Below are positions 48,320-58,114 of a stretch of DNA of 64,000 bases, piece after piece; the stretch's first letter is position 1; each line of letters opens with the position of its first letter. The stretch comes from Armatimonadota bacterium. GTDB lineage: Bacteria > Armatimonadota > UBA10988. Location of the stretch: NCBI GenBank assembly GCA_016235455.1, contig JACRKZ010000067.1, positions 96,001-160,000 of the forward strand, read 5' to 3'. The notes beneath the pieces were generated by a model, which saw only the letters and a program-made list of their open reading frames with translations, was not told the origin of the DNA and made no database searches. A program made the position numbers and the translations under genes.

Positions 48320-49177
48320 ATGAGCAACGGCACACAGGACGTGGCGTACGACTTGCCGGTGGTGGCGGTGACAGCAGCCAACCTGCCGGCGGCCTGGGAG
48401 CAGGCCGTCATGCAGACCTGGGAGCGTGGCGCGCCCATCGCCACGCAATACGACCAGCCCGGCGACCCACCCTCGCGTGACGCCTTCGCCGTGATCACCG
48501 TGCTCGACCCGTTCGCCGAGCCGCGCATCCACAAGGCCATCCCGTGCGGCATCAAGGACCTGGAAGCCTATCGCCAGGAAGTGGTCGACGGCATCCACGA
48601 CCACTGGATCGACCCGGCCGCGGGCAAGTGGGAGTACACCTACCACGAGCGCATCGCCGCCTACAGCGTGCCCGGACTGGCGCAGCCGGTCGACCAGATG
48701 GCCTATGTGGTGGAGGCGCTGGCCGAGGCGCCGCACTCACGCCGCGCGCAGGCCACCACCTGGAAGCCGTGGGAAGATGCCGGCTGCATCGACCCCGCCT
48801 GCCTGCAGCGGCTGTGGTTCAGAGTGTACGGCGACCGGCTGGTGCTGCACGCCGACATGCGCTCCAACGACGCCTTCAAGGCCTCGTTCATGAACATGTA
48901 CGCCTTCACCGACCTGCAGCGCGCCGTGGCCGAGCAGCTCACCGAGCGACTGGGCCGCGAGATCAAGGTCGGCCAGTACACCCACACCGCCAGCAGCTAC
49001 CACATCTACGGCAGCTACTACGACGAGTTCGAACGCTTCATCGAGTCGATGACCAAGCGCTCCTTCGCCGAGCGCACCTACCGCAGCGAGATTGTCGGGC
49101 CGGTCATCGACGAGGCCCGAGCGGAGATCGCGGAGTCGCTGCGCGTCGAGCGCGAGACGGGGCGGAAGGGGCTGTAG
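48320..49177 (+). CDS. thyA: Thymidylate synthase, archaeal-type ThyA-like
   Basis: YTYHER, DQ, SRRAQ..TW, PACLQ catalytic Cys, MRSNDA...MN, SYHIY. Confidence 0.8.
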   Translation: MSNGTQDVAYDLPVVAVTAANLPAAWEQAVMQTWERGAPIATQYDQPGDPPSRDAFAVITVLDPFAEPRIHKAIPCGIKDLEAYRQEVVDGIHDHWIDPAAGKWEYTYHERIAAYSVPGLAQPVDQMAYVVEALAEAPHSRRAQATTWKPWEDAGCIDPACLQRLWFRVYGDRLVLHADMRSNDAFKASFMNMYAFTDLQRAVAEQLTERLGREIKVGQYTHTASSYHIYGSYYDEFERFIESMTKRSFAERTYRSEIVGPVIDEARAEIAESLRVERETGRKGL

Positions 49178-49262
49178 CCCCGGCTTGACAACCGGCCCCG
49201 GCGCCGACCACACTCTCCTTGGTGCCGTCGCGTCAGCCAGCGGTCGGAGGGGAGCATCTGCC

Positions 49263-49805
49263 ATGAGCCTACTGCGTGGTCGGCGCCCGCACAGGGCGCG
49301 TTGGGCGTTGACTGCGACGCTGTGTCTGGCGGGCCTGGCGACCGCCGCCCAGGCGCGGTCGGTCAGGCCGTATGTGGTGCGGCTGACGCTCTGCGGCTGG
49401 CGCGTGGGAGCCACGAAGTTCGGCGCCCTGCACGACGCTGGCAGCGGCTACTACCTGATCGCCACGGGCGACTGCGACGGCGCGTCGCGCTCACTCATTC
49501 CGACGCCCGACCCGCCAGAGTGGACCAAGCCGTCGCCAGTGACCCAGACCCGCCTATCCCGCCTGCGGACCGGCACCGGTGTCAACATCGGCGACACCGT
49601 CTCGGTGGTCGCGGCCAAACTCGGCGCCCGGCCGGACTCCATCAGCAACGACCGCGAGACCGGTTAGGTCACCTACGCCTACTGGCGGCAGGTGCGGCCG
49701 CGCACGTGAGGACGGAGCGACGACCGCTATACGGCCGAGTACACCTTCCGCGACGGCACGCTGCGCGCGATACGCTACAGCGTATGCGACTCGCGCCGCT
49801 GCTAG
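49263..49805 (+). pseudogene. Paralog of 49945-50502 interrupted by in-frame TAG (49665-67) and TGA (49707-09)
   Basis: Shared RPY.VRLTL, GYYLIATGDCDGAS, RLRTGTGVNIG; similarity continues past both stops (RYTAEYTFRD versus RYGATYTFRD). Confidence 0.8.
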
Positions 49806-49944
49806 TAAGGCGCCGGGTGCGGCGTGGGAGACGGGGCGAAGGAGGCTGCGATTCCGTCGGGCTGGCGGCGTGCGCCGACCCATCCGACTTGACACGCCCA
49901 ATGCCACGAACCACGATCTCACCGACGATGTAAGGAGTACCACG

Positions 49945-50502
49945 ATGGGGACCAGACGAGTCATCGCGGGAATCGCAGGGCTGGCGGTGCTGTTCATTGT
50001 GGCGACCGCGCTTGAGGCGGCCGCCGGCCAGCCTCGGCCCTACCTCGTGCGGCTGACTCTGGCCGGCGGCAAGTTGGTCGACCAGGCTGACTACTGCAAG
50101 TTCGACAAGAACCAAGGCTACTACCTGATTGCCACCGGCGACTGCGATGGCGCTTCCGTTGACTTGGTGCTTACGCCGGACCCCACACCCTACGGCTGGG
50201 GTGGCGACACCACGGACGGCGGCCGGCCGCCGACACCGGCTAGCCTGCCGCGCCTGCGCACGGGCACCGGCGTGAACATCGGCGAGTCGCCCAAGCAGGT
50301 GCTGGCCAAACTGGGCGCCAAGCCTGAGAGCAACACCTACGACAAGAAGACCAGAGTGCGCGAGATGTGCTTCTACGCCAAGGTCAAGGTGCGATCCATG
50401 GGTCGCGACTACACACGGTATGGTGCCACCTACACCTTCCGCGATGAGAAGCTGTGGAAGATCGGCTACGGCATCGGGACGGAAGATGGCTGCGGTGAGT
50501 AG
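49945..50502 (+). CDS. Secreted hypothetical protein
   Basis: TAAGGAG RBS; signal peptide MGTRRVIAGIAGLAVLFIVATALEA; promoter TTGACA-17-CACGAT at 49889-49917. Confidence 0.8.
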   Translation: MGTRRVIAGIAGLAVLFIVATALEAAAGQPRPYLVRLTLAGGKLVDQADYCKFDKNQGYYLIATGDCDGASVDLVLTPDPTPYGWGGDTTDGGRPPTPASLPRLRTGTGVNIGESPKQVLAKLGAKPESNTYDKKTRVREMCFYAKVKVRSMGRDYTRYGATYTFRDEKLWKIGYGIGTEDGCGE

Positions 50503-50542
50503 CTCTGCGTGCGCCACGCGCAGCGAGTAGTCTGCCGTTCCA

Positions 50543-50770
50543 CCTCGGGGCGGATGGCGGTTCCACTCGGTGGTGGCAGTCTCCGGCGCCGACGACTGGC
50601 TTCGCTGACGCCGGTATGCCGATCTCCAGATTGGCAGTGGTCCGCAGGACCACCGATGGCCGCCGGACCGCCGCGATGTCGACCTGCGGCTCCGCCTCCC
50701 GCCGATGCCAATCTGGAGATGCCGCCAGTTCTGCTGGCTCAGCGCACCGCCACTGGCGGCACTGACCGGC
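50543..50770. repeat. REP-like inverted-repeat element, copy D
   Basis: Reverse complement aligns along its length with 13986-14210; arm cores GCCGATCTCCAGATTGGC and GCCAATCTGGAGAT. Confidence 0.85.
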
Positions 50771-50817
50771 CAATGGAGCCGCCATTCGCCGCCGCGCAGA
50801 ACGACAGACACCACCGC

Positions 50818-51360
50818 CTACTTGATCACATACTTCACGTGCCCATCAAGCCACAGCGCGTTCTTGCCGCCGTTGTCGCTGCCGGCCCAGTGCCAGATCT
50901 GCGCGTCGAGCAGACACGGCAGATTGGTCAGGTCCTGGCCCATGAAGCGCGGGTGCGACCACTTCACGCCGTTGAACAGCTCCACCCAGCCGTAGCTCGT
51001 GTGTTCGGTCTGGAAGTAGTTCTCGTCGCCTGACGGGCACTCCCAGATCTGGGTGTTCTTGATGTGGGTGTTCTTGATGTAGGGGTTGATGACCAGATCG
51101 CCGCGACCCAACGTGGGCGTCACCGACGGCTGGGAGGCCAGGTAGGGCAAGCGGCTGTCGTAGTCCTCGGCGTACATGCGCACCGCCAGACCAATCTGCT
51201 TGCAGTTGGAGGCGCAGGTGGTCTGCTCGGCCTTCTCGCGCGCCTTGGCGAAGACGGGGAACAGGATCGCCGCCAGGATGGCGATGATGGCGATCACCAC
51301 CAGCAACTCGATCAGCGTGAATGCGGCCCGCCGCCGCGATTGCCTCGTCATCTTGGTCAC
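50818..51360 (-). CDS. Prepilin-type N-methylation / H-X9-DG (DUF1559-like) protein 4
   Basis: [10 protein letters not shown]..., EDYD, WECPS, H...[11 protein letters not shown]; GTGA overlap with the upstream gene (alternative ATG at 51351). Confidence 0.9.
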   Translation of the reverse strand: MTKMTRQSRRRAAFTLIELLVVIAIIAILAAILFPVFAKAREKAEQTTCASNCKQIGLAVRMYAEDYDSRLPYLASQPSVTPTLGRGDLVINPYIKNTHIKNTQIWECPSGDENYFQTEHTSYGWVELFNGVKWSHPRFMGQDLTNLPCLLDAQIWHWAGSDNGGKNALWLDGHVKYVIK

Positions 51361-52220
51361 CTCAGATTGCCCAACGCCCGCACGACCGGCATCAGCTCGG
51401 CCTGATCCCTCGCGTCGAACCGCACGAACACGCCCATGCCATGCTCAACCAGCGGTTTGAGCGCCTGCTGCACCTCGGCCCGCGTGGCCGGGTCGGCCTG
51501 GGCCAACGCCTGCGCATAGCCGCCGATGCGACTGACCAGCCGCTGCACCGTGGCCTGGCGGTCCGTGGGCGACATGGCGTGATAGCCGGCCATGGCCTGG
51601 CCCAGCCCAGCCTCCAGCACCCGGTTGCGCTGGTCGACCGGGAGCGCGCTCAGCGCCCGCAACATGCCCAGCGCCTGCTCGGCGTTCGGCCGGCTCAGCA
51701 GCCAGCCCTGGGTCCAGGAACAGCCCGCCTGCACGGCCACGGTGTCCAGCACCGTGCGCAGGTCCGTCTCGGCCAGCGTCAACTTCAGCTTGGTCTGCGC
51801 CACCTCCGGCAGGCAACGCACCTTGAGACCAGTCGAAGCCTCCAGGTCCTGGGCCAACGTGGCCAGCGCCACCTCATCAGTGTAGCCCAGGGACGCGCGC
51901 TTGTCGCCAGCCAACTCCGGCTGCTTGGCCCCCTCTGCCTTGGGGCGGAAGACGATGCAGCGACTCGCGGTCAACAAGGCCTCGCGCGCCACCGTCTGCA
52001 CCGCGGTCGACTTCGTTGCCTGCCGCTGCAGCGTCAGCTTGCCCTCGACATCCACGTCCAGCAACACCGGCTCGCCCGTCAGGCGCGTTAGCTCAGTCGC
52101 CACCTGGGCCGCATCGGCCGCATTGAAGCTCAGCGTCACCGCCTCCTCGGCCGGCGCCTGCGCCCAGGCAGCCCCCACCAGCGCAGCCGCGCAACCAGCC
52201 GCTAGCCACCACTTCCTCAT
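51357..52220 (-). CDS. Secreted protein with two STN/secretin-N-like repeats and a helical tail
   Basis: Signal peptide [20 protein letters not shown]; VTLSF..AD...V..EL...TG..VLLD.DV.GKLTL and a second similar unit (L..LA..L...TGL.V...EV...[13 protein letters not shown]); GGAGGAG RBS. Confidence 0.65.
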   Translation of the reverse strand: MRKWWLAAGCAAALVGAAWAQAPAEEAVTLSFNAADAAQVATELTRLTGEPVLLDVDVEGKLTLQRQATKSTAVQTVAREALLTASRCIVFRPKAEGAKQPELAGDKRASLGYTDEVALATLAQDLEASTGLKVRCLPEVAQTKLKLTLAETDLRTVLDTVAVQAGCSWTQGWLLSRPNAEQALGMLRALSALPVDQRNRVLEAGLGQAMAGYHAMSPTDRQATVQRLVSRIGGYAQALAQADPATRAEVQQALKPLVEHGMGVFVRFDARDQAELMPVVRALGNLR

Positions 52221-52245
52221 CCCACCATCTCCTCCCGAGCTGCGT

Positions 52246-52333
52246 TTGACGCCTTCCGGCGCCGGCGCTATGATACTGATATCAGTATCAGCTCGCTGGT
52301 GATAGTGATATCAGTATCACCAGGGCGTGTCAA
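52246..52333. promoter_or_regulatory. Face-to-face promoters with two palindromic TetR-type operators
   Basis: TGATACTGATATCAGTATCA (52271-90, perfect) and CTGGTGATAGTGATATCAGTATCACCAG (52296-323). Plus promoter TTGACG-17-TATGAT; minus promoter TTGACA-17-TATCAC. Confidence 0.85.
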
Positions 52334-52349
52334 GAGGGATTTCGGATCC

Positions 52350-52991
52350 ATGGTGGAGCCAGCCGACGAAGCAAGGCCGCGCAAGCGGGGCAGCCGCGAG
52401 GAGAGCCGACACCGGCTGGTGGAGGCCGCCATCGACCAGATCCGCGAGCATGGCGCAGCGGCCCTGACCACGGTGAGCGTCACTCGGGCGGCGGGCATGG
52501 CGCAGTCGGGCTTCTACCAGCACTTCCGCGACCTGGATGAGTGCAAGGCAGCGGCGGCCCATGAAGTGGCGCGCGAGCTGCGCGAGTTCCTGCGCGAGCA
52601 GCACGCGCGGAGCAAGTCGCCAGGCGACCTGGAGGAACTGACGGCCAACCACCGGGCCATTTTGGAGCTATTCACCAGCCACGGGCACCTGCCCGATATG
52701 GTGGTGCGCTGCCGCTACGATCTGTCGCCGCTGGGCGATGCGATGCGGCAGTTGCTGAGCGATGTGCGCACCGTGCTGGCCGACAATCTGGCTGAGGCGT
52801 TCGGCGTCCTGGGCTTACCCGACCTGGGTCCCGCGCGCTTCGCGGTGACCGCCGAACTGATCGTCGGCATGGTACTGGCCGCCGGCGAGTCACTGCTCGA
52901 CGGCCGCGCCACCGATGTGGACCTGATCGCTCGGGAGCTGACCGCGGCCGTGGCCGGCATCGGCCTGGCCGCGGCCTACATGAGCCAGTGA
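52350..52991 (+). CDS. TetR/AcrR family transcriptional regulator
   Basis: SRHRLVEAA...G...LTTVSVTRAAGMAQSGFYQHFRDLDE helix-turn-helix. Confidence 0.92.
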   Translation: MVEPADEARPRKRGSREESRHRLVEAAIDQIREHGAAALTTVSVTRAAGMAQSGFYQHFRDLDECKAAAAHEVARELREFLREQHARSKSPGDLEELTANHRAILELFTSHGHLPDMVVRCRYDLSPLGDAMRQLLSDVRTVLADNLAEAFGVLGLPDLGPARFAVTAELIVGMVLAAGESLLDGRATDVDLIARELTAAVAGIGLAAAYMSQ

Positions 52992-52995
52992 CCGC

Positions 52996-53030
52996 CCGCC
53001 GGGCTCCGCGTCAGCCGCGGAGCCCGGCGG
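52996..53030. terminator. Hairpin between convergent genes
   Basis: CCGCCGGGCTCCGCG-tcagc-CGCGGAGCCCGGCGG, a 15-bp stem. Confidence 0.6.
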
Positions 53031-53038
53031 AGCCGACG

Positions 53039-54376
53039 CTAGACCTCCCAGCCGGGCCGATAGGTGCGGCCGACGTACTGGTTGAGTTCGGGCGCGTTGG
53101 TGCAGGTCATCTTCTCGACGTCCCACTCCACCTTCTTGCCGACGCCGGCGCGCTGGGCCAGGTGGCCGGTCAGCGCGAAGGCCGTCAGCGGCGCCGCGGC
53201 ATCGACGAAGTTGGAGACGGGCACGCCGTCGTTCTTGATGCACCAGAACAGGTCCTCAATGGGACCGCCATGGGCGCGCGGCAGGGTCTTGGGCGGCGCC
53301 TCGAAGTCCTTGCCCCGCTCGATGGGCAGGATGCGGGCCTGGCCGGCGGTGCCGCCGGTCATGAAGTAGCCCTTGCCGCCGATGTAGTAGGTCTCCTCGC
53401 CAATCTTCAGGTCGCAGTCCTTGGCGATCTGCTTCATGACGAGCGGCGCCAGTCCGGCGTGGTCGTAGACATACGACTCGAGCGCCGGCATATCGCCACG
53501 CGCGGGGATGGTGTACTTGACGATGTTGTCCTGGCCCCACATCTCTTCCGAGCCGCCGTTGGTGTTGAGGCACTCGATGGTGTAGGTCTTGGCCTCGGCC
53601 ACCTTCAGCGCGAAGAACAGGCAGTCGAGGTTGTGGCAGGCCATGTCGCCGATGGTTCCGGTGCCGAAATCACGCCACTTGCGCCAGTTGAACGGGTGCA
53701 GGTCGTCGTGGAAGTCGCGGAGGGGCGCCGGTCCAATCCACTCGTCCCAATGCAGGCCCGCGGGGACCGGCTTGCTGGCCGGGCGCTTGCCGGTACCGCC
53801 GAAGTTGCGGCCCAGGATGGTGTGGGTCTGCGCCACGCCGCCGATGCAGCCGGCCTGCAGGTACTCGCAGGCGATGCGCAGGCTTTCGCCCGTGTGGCCC
53901 TGGTTGCCCATCTGGGTCAGGACCTTCTTCGCCTTGGCGGCCTTGGCCAGCTCATAGCACTCGCGGATGTTATGGCCCATGGGCTTCTGCACGAAGACGT
54001 GCTTGCCCGCGTTGATGGCGCGAATGGCGGCCGGCGCGTGGTGGTGGTCCGGCGTGGAGATGAGCACAACGTCGATATCGTTGGCGCACTCATCGAGCAT
54101 CTTGCGGTAGTCGTAGTAGCCCTTGGGCGCCTGCTTGCCGCGGTCGGTGGCCTTCTTGATGGACTCGGCCAGCCGCGCGTCGTCGACATCGACGAAGGCC
54201 ACGGGCACTTCCTCGATGGCCTTGTCGGTGGCGTAGCCGCCCATACCGCCCGAGCCCACCACGGCGCAGCGCAGCTTGTCGCCTGGCGCGGCCTTGGCAC
54301 GACTGCCCACCATGGCCACTCCGGCCAGCAGCGTGGCCCGAGCCATGAAATCCCTTCGGGTTGTCGAATCGCTCAT
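53039..54376 (-). CDS. Tat-exported Gfo/Idh/MocA oxidoreductase
   Basis: TTRRDFM twin-arginine, VVGSGGMG, TPDHHH, HVFVQKP, QMGNQG, WRKWRDFGTGTIGDMACH. Confidence 0.92.
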   Translation of the reverse strand: MSDSTTRRDFMARATLLAGVAMVGSRAKAAPGDKLRCAVVGSGGMGGYATDKAIEEVPVAFVDVDDARLAESIKKATDRGKQAPKGYYDYRKMLDECANDIDVVLISTPDHHHAPAAIRAINAGKHVFVQKPMGHNIRECYELAKAAKAKKVLTQMGNQGHTGESLRIACEYLQAGCIGGVAQTHTILGRNFGGTGKRPASKPVPAGLHWDEWIGPAPLRDFHDDLHPFNWRKWRDFGTGTIGDMACHNLDCLFFALKVAEAKTYTIECLNTNGGSEEMWGQDNIVKYTIPARGDMPALESYVYDHAGLAPLVMKQIAKDCDLKIGEETYYIGGKGYFMTGGTAGQARILPIERGKDFEAPPKTLPRAHGGPIEDLFWCIKNDGVPVSNFVDAAAPLTAFALTGHLAQRAGVGKKVEWDVEKMTCTNAPELNQYVGRTYRPGWEV

Positions 54377-54506
54377 GCGCGAACTCCTATACACTCAGGA
54401 ACGTACCTTCGACAGAGCGACGCGCTCTCCTTCGAGCCGCGTCGAGCGGAAGTTGGCCCGGTAGCGCTGCCGCCCCGATTAGCGCGGCTTGCTTGGAGCG
54501 TGGGAC

Positions 54507-56468
54507 ATGGCCGTTATGCATCGCGCACGACTCGTCTGTTGGATGATCCTGGTCAGTTGTCTGGCCACCTCGGCCTGGGCCGTCTCGCCCCGAGCCGAGT
54601 CCGCCGCCAAAGAGGGCTGGCGGCTGCGCGAGGAGGGTCGCTACGCCGAGTCACTCAAGCACTTCGACCGGGCCCTCGACGAAGACGTGCACTACGCCTA
54701 CGCCTGGCAGGGCAAGGGCGCCTCGCTGGCCAACCTGGGCTACTACAAAGAGGCCGTCACGATGTACGACCAGGCCCTGAGCATCGCGCCGCAGAACACC
54801 TGGACGCTCATCGAACGCGGCAACGCTCTGCGCGCGCTGCGCCGCTGGCCCGAGGCCGACCGCTCCTACGACCGCGCGCTCGCCATCGACCCCAAGGCGG
54901 CCTATGCCTGGAACGGCAAGGGCACGGTGCGCGCCGACCAGCAGGACCAGACCGGCGCGCTGTCGGCTTACGATCGCGCGTTGGCCATCAACCCCGACAA
55001 CGCGATCGTGCTGCGCAACCGCGCGCTGGCCCTGCGGGCGCTGCGCCGCCTCGACGAGGCGTTGGCCGCGGTCGACCGCTCGCTCGACATCGCGCCCCGT
55101 GACTCCGCCACGCTGACCACACGAGGCAACGTACTCAGCGCGCTGGGCCGCGCCGAAGAGGGGCTGGCCGCCTACGAGATGGCGCTCGACATCGCGCCCA
55201 ACTCGGCCGTCGCGTGGCGCAGCAAGGGCCTCAACCTGCGGCGGCTGAAGCAGGACGAACTGGCCCTCGTGGCCTACGACCGCGCGCTGCAACTCGAACC
55301 CAAGAGCGCGCGCGGCCATTGTGGCCGGGCCAACGTGTTGCTCAGCCTGGGCCGCTACGAAGAAGCCCGACTGGCCTTCACCAAGGCGCTCGAGATCGCG
55401 CCCGGCGATGCCAGCGCCAACGACGGCAAGGGCAACGCCCTGGCCTGGCTCAAGCGCTTTGCCGAAGCCAAGCTGTTCTATGATCGCGCCCGCGAACTCG
55501 ACCCGCTGGTCGGCCAGTCCCACGACTGGTATCTGCGCGGCGTCGACCTGCAGCGCCGGGGCGAACTCGCCGCGGCCCGCGAGGCCTATCAGCAGGCCGC
55601 CGACAATGACTATGAGGATGCCTGGCGCGCGCTGCTGCCGCTGCTGCGCTCGGGCGGCGGCCCGGTGGCGCAGTGGATGCGCAGTGCTCGCAACGCTGAC
55701 CTGACCTACTGCGTCGGCCCCGTGCGCCCGGTCGCCAACGAGGCGGCCTGTCAGGTGATCTTCCGCAACGCCGGCTCGCCCATGCTGCGCGTGGTGTGGC
55801 ATTCAGCCGCTGGCCAGCGCATCACGCACGTGCCCGGCAAGGGCAGCGCGGGGCTTGGTGTCACCTTCGCGGTCGGCATCCCGGTAGGTTTCGGCATCGA
55901 CACCGTGGAGATACCGCGCGGGCTGGTCGACGTCTCGATGGCCGCGCGACGGGCCAGTTCGGCGGCGTTGGTCGACGCGGTGCAGCGCGGCCGACTGTCG
56001 GCCTGGCAGTTGCGGCGGCTGTGGGAGCTGGTGGCCACGGGCACGCTGGAGACGCGGTCGCAGTCGGCGCGACACGACACGGATGGCAACCTGACGCGCG
56101 CGCCGCGGCCGTCGATCAGGCCCGCCACGGCCGATCTGCTTCGGCAACTGGCGCCGCACTTCGCCGCGCTCGACCGCGACGTGTGGGGGCGCGAACTGGG
56201 CCGCGAAGCCGTCTGGCAAGCCGACGTGATGCTGCAGAACGTGCAAGCGGCCGATCCCGTGGACGAGGGTGTGATCCTCACCATCACGGCCTGGGACACG
56301 GCCAAAGGCCAGGGTCAGGCGCGCGTCTACGACGAGTACGAACCCGATGACGACCCGCGACCGATGCCGTTCGCGCTGTATGACGGCAGCGGCCGGCGGC
56401 TCGACCAGCCGTTCACCTGGTTGCGCCCGCTCGATGGCGAGGCGGCCCGACTACTCGCGGACGAGTAG
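54507..56468 (+). CDS. Secreted TPR protein with uncharacterised C-terminal domains
   Basis: Signal peptide; about 10 TPRs (YDRALAIDP..A.AW..KG); non-repeat C-terminal half. Confidence 0.85.
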   Translation: MAVMHRARLVCWMILVSCLATSAWAVSPRAESAAKEGWRLREEGRYAESLKHFDRALDEDVHYAYAWQGKGASLANLGYYKEAVTMYDQALSIAPQNTWTLIERGNALRALRRWPEADRSYDRALAIDPKAAYAWNGKGTVRADQQDQTGALSAYDRALAINPDNAIVLRNRALALRALRRLDEALAAVDRSLDIAPRDSATLTTRGNVLSALGRAEEGLAAYEMALDIAPNSAVAWRSKGLNLRRLKQDELALVAYDRALQLEPKSARGHCGRANVLLSLGRYEEARLAFTKALEIAPGDASANDGKGNALAWLKRFAEAKLFYDRARELDPLVGQSHDWYLRGVDLQRRGELAAAREAYQQAADNDYEDAWRALLPLLRSGGGPVAQWMRSARNADLTYCVGPVRPVANEAACQVIFRNAGSPMLRVVWHSAAGQRITHVPGKGSAGLGVTFAVGIPVGFGIDTVEIPRGLVDVSMAARRASSAALVDAVQRGRLSAWQLRRLWELVATGTLETRSQSARHDTDGNLTRAPRPSIRPATADLLRQLAPHFAALDRDVWGRELGREAVWQADVMLQNVQAADPVDEGVILTITAWDTAKGQGQARVYDEYEPDDDPRPMPFALYDGSGRRLDQPFTWLRPLDGEAARLLADE

Positions 56469-56483
56469 CCGGGCGCGCCGGCG

Positions 56484-57917
56484 CTAGACCGGCATGCCTT
56501 CCATCACCCGCTCGCCAAACCGGCGGCCGGGCAGCAGCACCTTGCCGGGGTTGAGCACATCGCGCGGGTCGAGCACCTGCTTGATGGTGCGCATCATGGT
56601 CAGCGTGGCGTCGTTGTACTGCCGCGCCAGGAAGGGCATCTTCACGGTGCCGGTGCCGTGCTCACCGGAGATGGTGCCGCCCAGCCGCAGCGCGCCGTCG
56701 AACATCTCGGTGAAGGCCTGCTCCACCCGCGCGATCTCGTCGTGGTCGCGCTCGTCGGTGAGGAACGTCGGGTGCAGGTTGCCGTCGCCGGCATGGCCGA
56801 AAGTGCCCACCCGCAGGTTGTACTTGCGCGCGCACGCCTCGATGATGTCGATCATCTCGGGCAAAGCACTACGGGGTACGGTGGCGTCCTCGAGAATGGT
56901 GGTCGGCTTGACCCGCGCCAGCGCCGTGAACGCCACGCGCCGCGCGGCGGCCATGCGCAACGCCTCGGCCTCGTCCTTGGCCAGCGAGAACTCCAGCGCG
57001 CCGCACTCTCGGCACACCGCCATGACCGTCTCGGCCTCGTCGGCCACCTGGCCGGGATGGCCATCGACCTCGATCAGCAGCAGCGCGCCATAGCTGGTGT
57101 TGAGGCCCAGCTTGGCGTAGGCCTCCACGCACTCCATGGTGACCTGGTCGAGGAACTCGACCGTGGCGGGAATGACCCGGCGGGCGATGATGGCGCTGAC
57201 CGCCTCGGCGGCGCCGCGCATGTTGGCGAAGTAGGCCACCATGGTCTTCTTGGCCGCCGGCTTGGGGATGAGCTTGAGCAGCGCCTTGGTGAAGATGCCC
57301 AGCGTGCCCTCGCTGCCGATGAACAGGTGCTTGAGATCGTAGCCCGCGGCGTCCTTGACGCATTTGTTGCCGGACCAGATCACCTCGCCATTGGGCAGCA
57401 CCACTTCGATGCCCATGACGTAGTCCTTGGTCAGCCCGTACTTGAGCCCACGCAGGCCGCCCGAGTTCTCGGCGATGTTGCCACCCAACGTCGAGACCTT
57501 GCCGCTGCCGGGGTCCGGCGGGTAGAACAGACCGCGCGACTCCACCTCGGTGTGCAGCGTCTGCGTGATGACGCCGGGCTCGACCATCGCGGTCAGATTG
57601 GCCTCGTCGATCTCCAGGATGCGGTTGAGCCGCGTCAGCACGAGCACCACCGCATCGTCGACCGGCACGGAGCCGCCGCTCAGTCCGCTGCCGGCACCGC
57701 GCGGAATGACCTTGAAGTCGAGTTCGTTGGCCAGCCGCATGATCGGCGCGATCTGCGCCGCATCGGTGATATCCACCACCGCGCGCGGCGAGTGATGCAC
57801 CATCGCCGTGCCGTCATAGCCGTAGACATACATGTCCTCGGGGCTGGTCAGCACCTGCTGCGCACCAGCCACGCCGGCCAATGCGTCGATCACCTCGGGC
57901 CGCCATCGACTGCTCAT
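56484..57917 (-). CDS. glcD: FAD-linked oxidase, glycolate oxidase GlcD-like
   Basis: PRGAGSGLSGG, YPPDP, GGNIAENSGG...KYG, GSEGTLG, GHAGDGNLHP, SGEHG. Confidence 0.85.
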   Translation of the reverse strand: MSSRWRPEVIDALAGVAGAQQVLTSPEDMYVYGYDGTAMVHHSPRAVVDITDAAQIAPIMRLANELDFKVIPRGAGSGLSGGSVPVDDAVVLVLTRLNRILEIDEANLTAMVEPGVITQTLHTEVESRGLFYPPDPGSGKVSTLGGNIAENSGGLRGLKYGLTKDYVMGIEVVLPNGEVIWSGNKCVKDAAGYDLKHLFIGSEGTLGIFTKALLKLIPKPAAKKTMVAYFANMRGAAEAVSAIIARRVIPATVEFLDQVTMECVEAYAKLGLNTSYGALLLIEVDGHPGQVADEAETVMAVCRECGALEFSLAKDEAEALRMAAARRVAFTALARVKPTTILEDATVPRSALPEMIDIIEACARKYNLRVGTFGHAGDGNLHPTFLTDERDHDEIARVEQAFTEMFDGALRLGGTISGEHGTGTVKMPFLARQYNDATLTMMRTIKQVLDPRDVLNPGKVLLPGRRFGERVMEGMPV

Positions 57918-58010
57918 GGTCATCCTCTCGCGCGCGCCGCCGTTGCCGCGGCCGAATCGTGCGCTCATGGTGACGATTCAGCGCCGTATGTCAAGTACCT
58001 GCCCGCAAGC

Positions 58011-58039
58011 GGAACAACCGTTCGCCCTCGACTGTCTAA
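58011..58039 (+). promoter_or_regulatory. ECF (sigmaE-like) promoter of htrA
   Basis: GGAACA-17 nt-GTCTAA resembles the RpoE/AlgU consensus and lies upstream of a DegP-like gene. Confidence 0.55.
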
Positions 58040-58114
58040 CGGTGCGTTTGGCGATTTTCGCGGATGAGTGCGATGTTTTGGGGGTCAAGCGTCACAGTGT
58101 AGGGTGAGGAGCCG

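Noticed and set aside
49665-49740. Selenocysteine or pyrrolysine recoding, or an alternative genetic code
   Set aside because: The TGA aligns with Met rather than Cys in the paralog, there is no convincing SECIS, and TAG and TGA end many conserved genes normally in this window.
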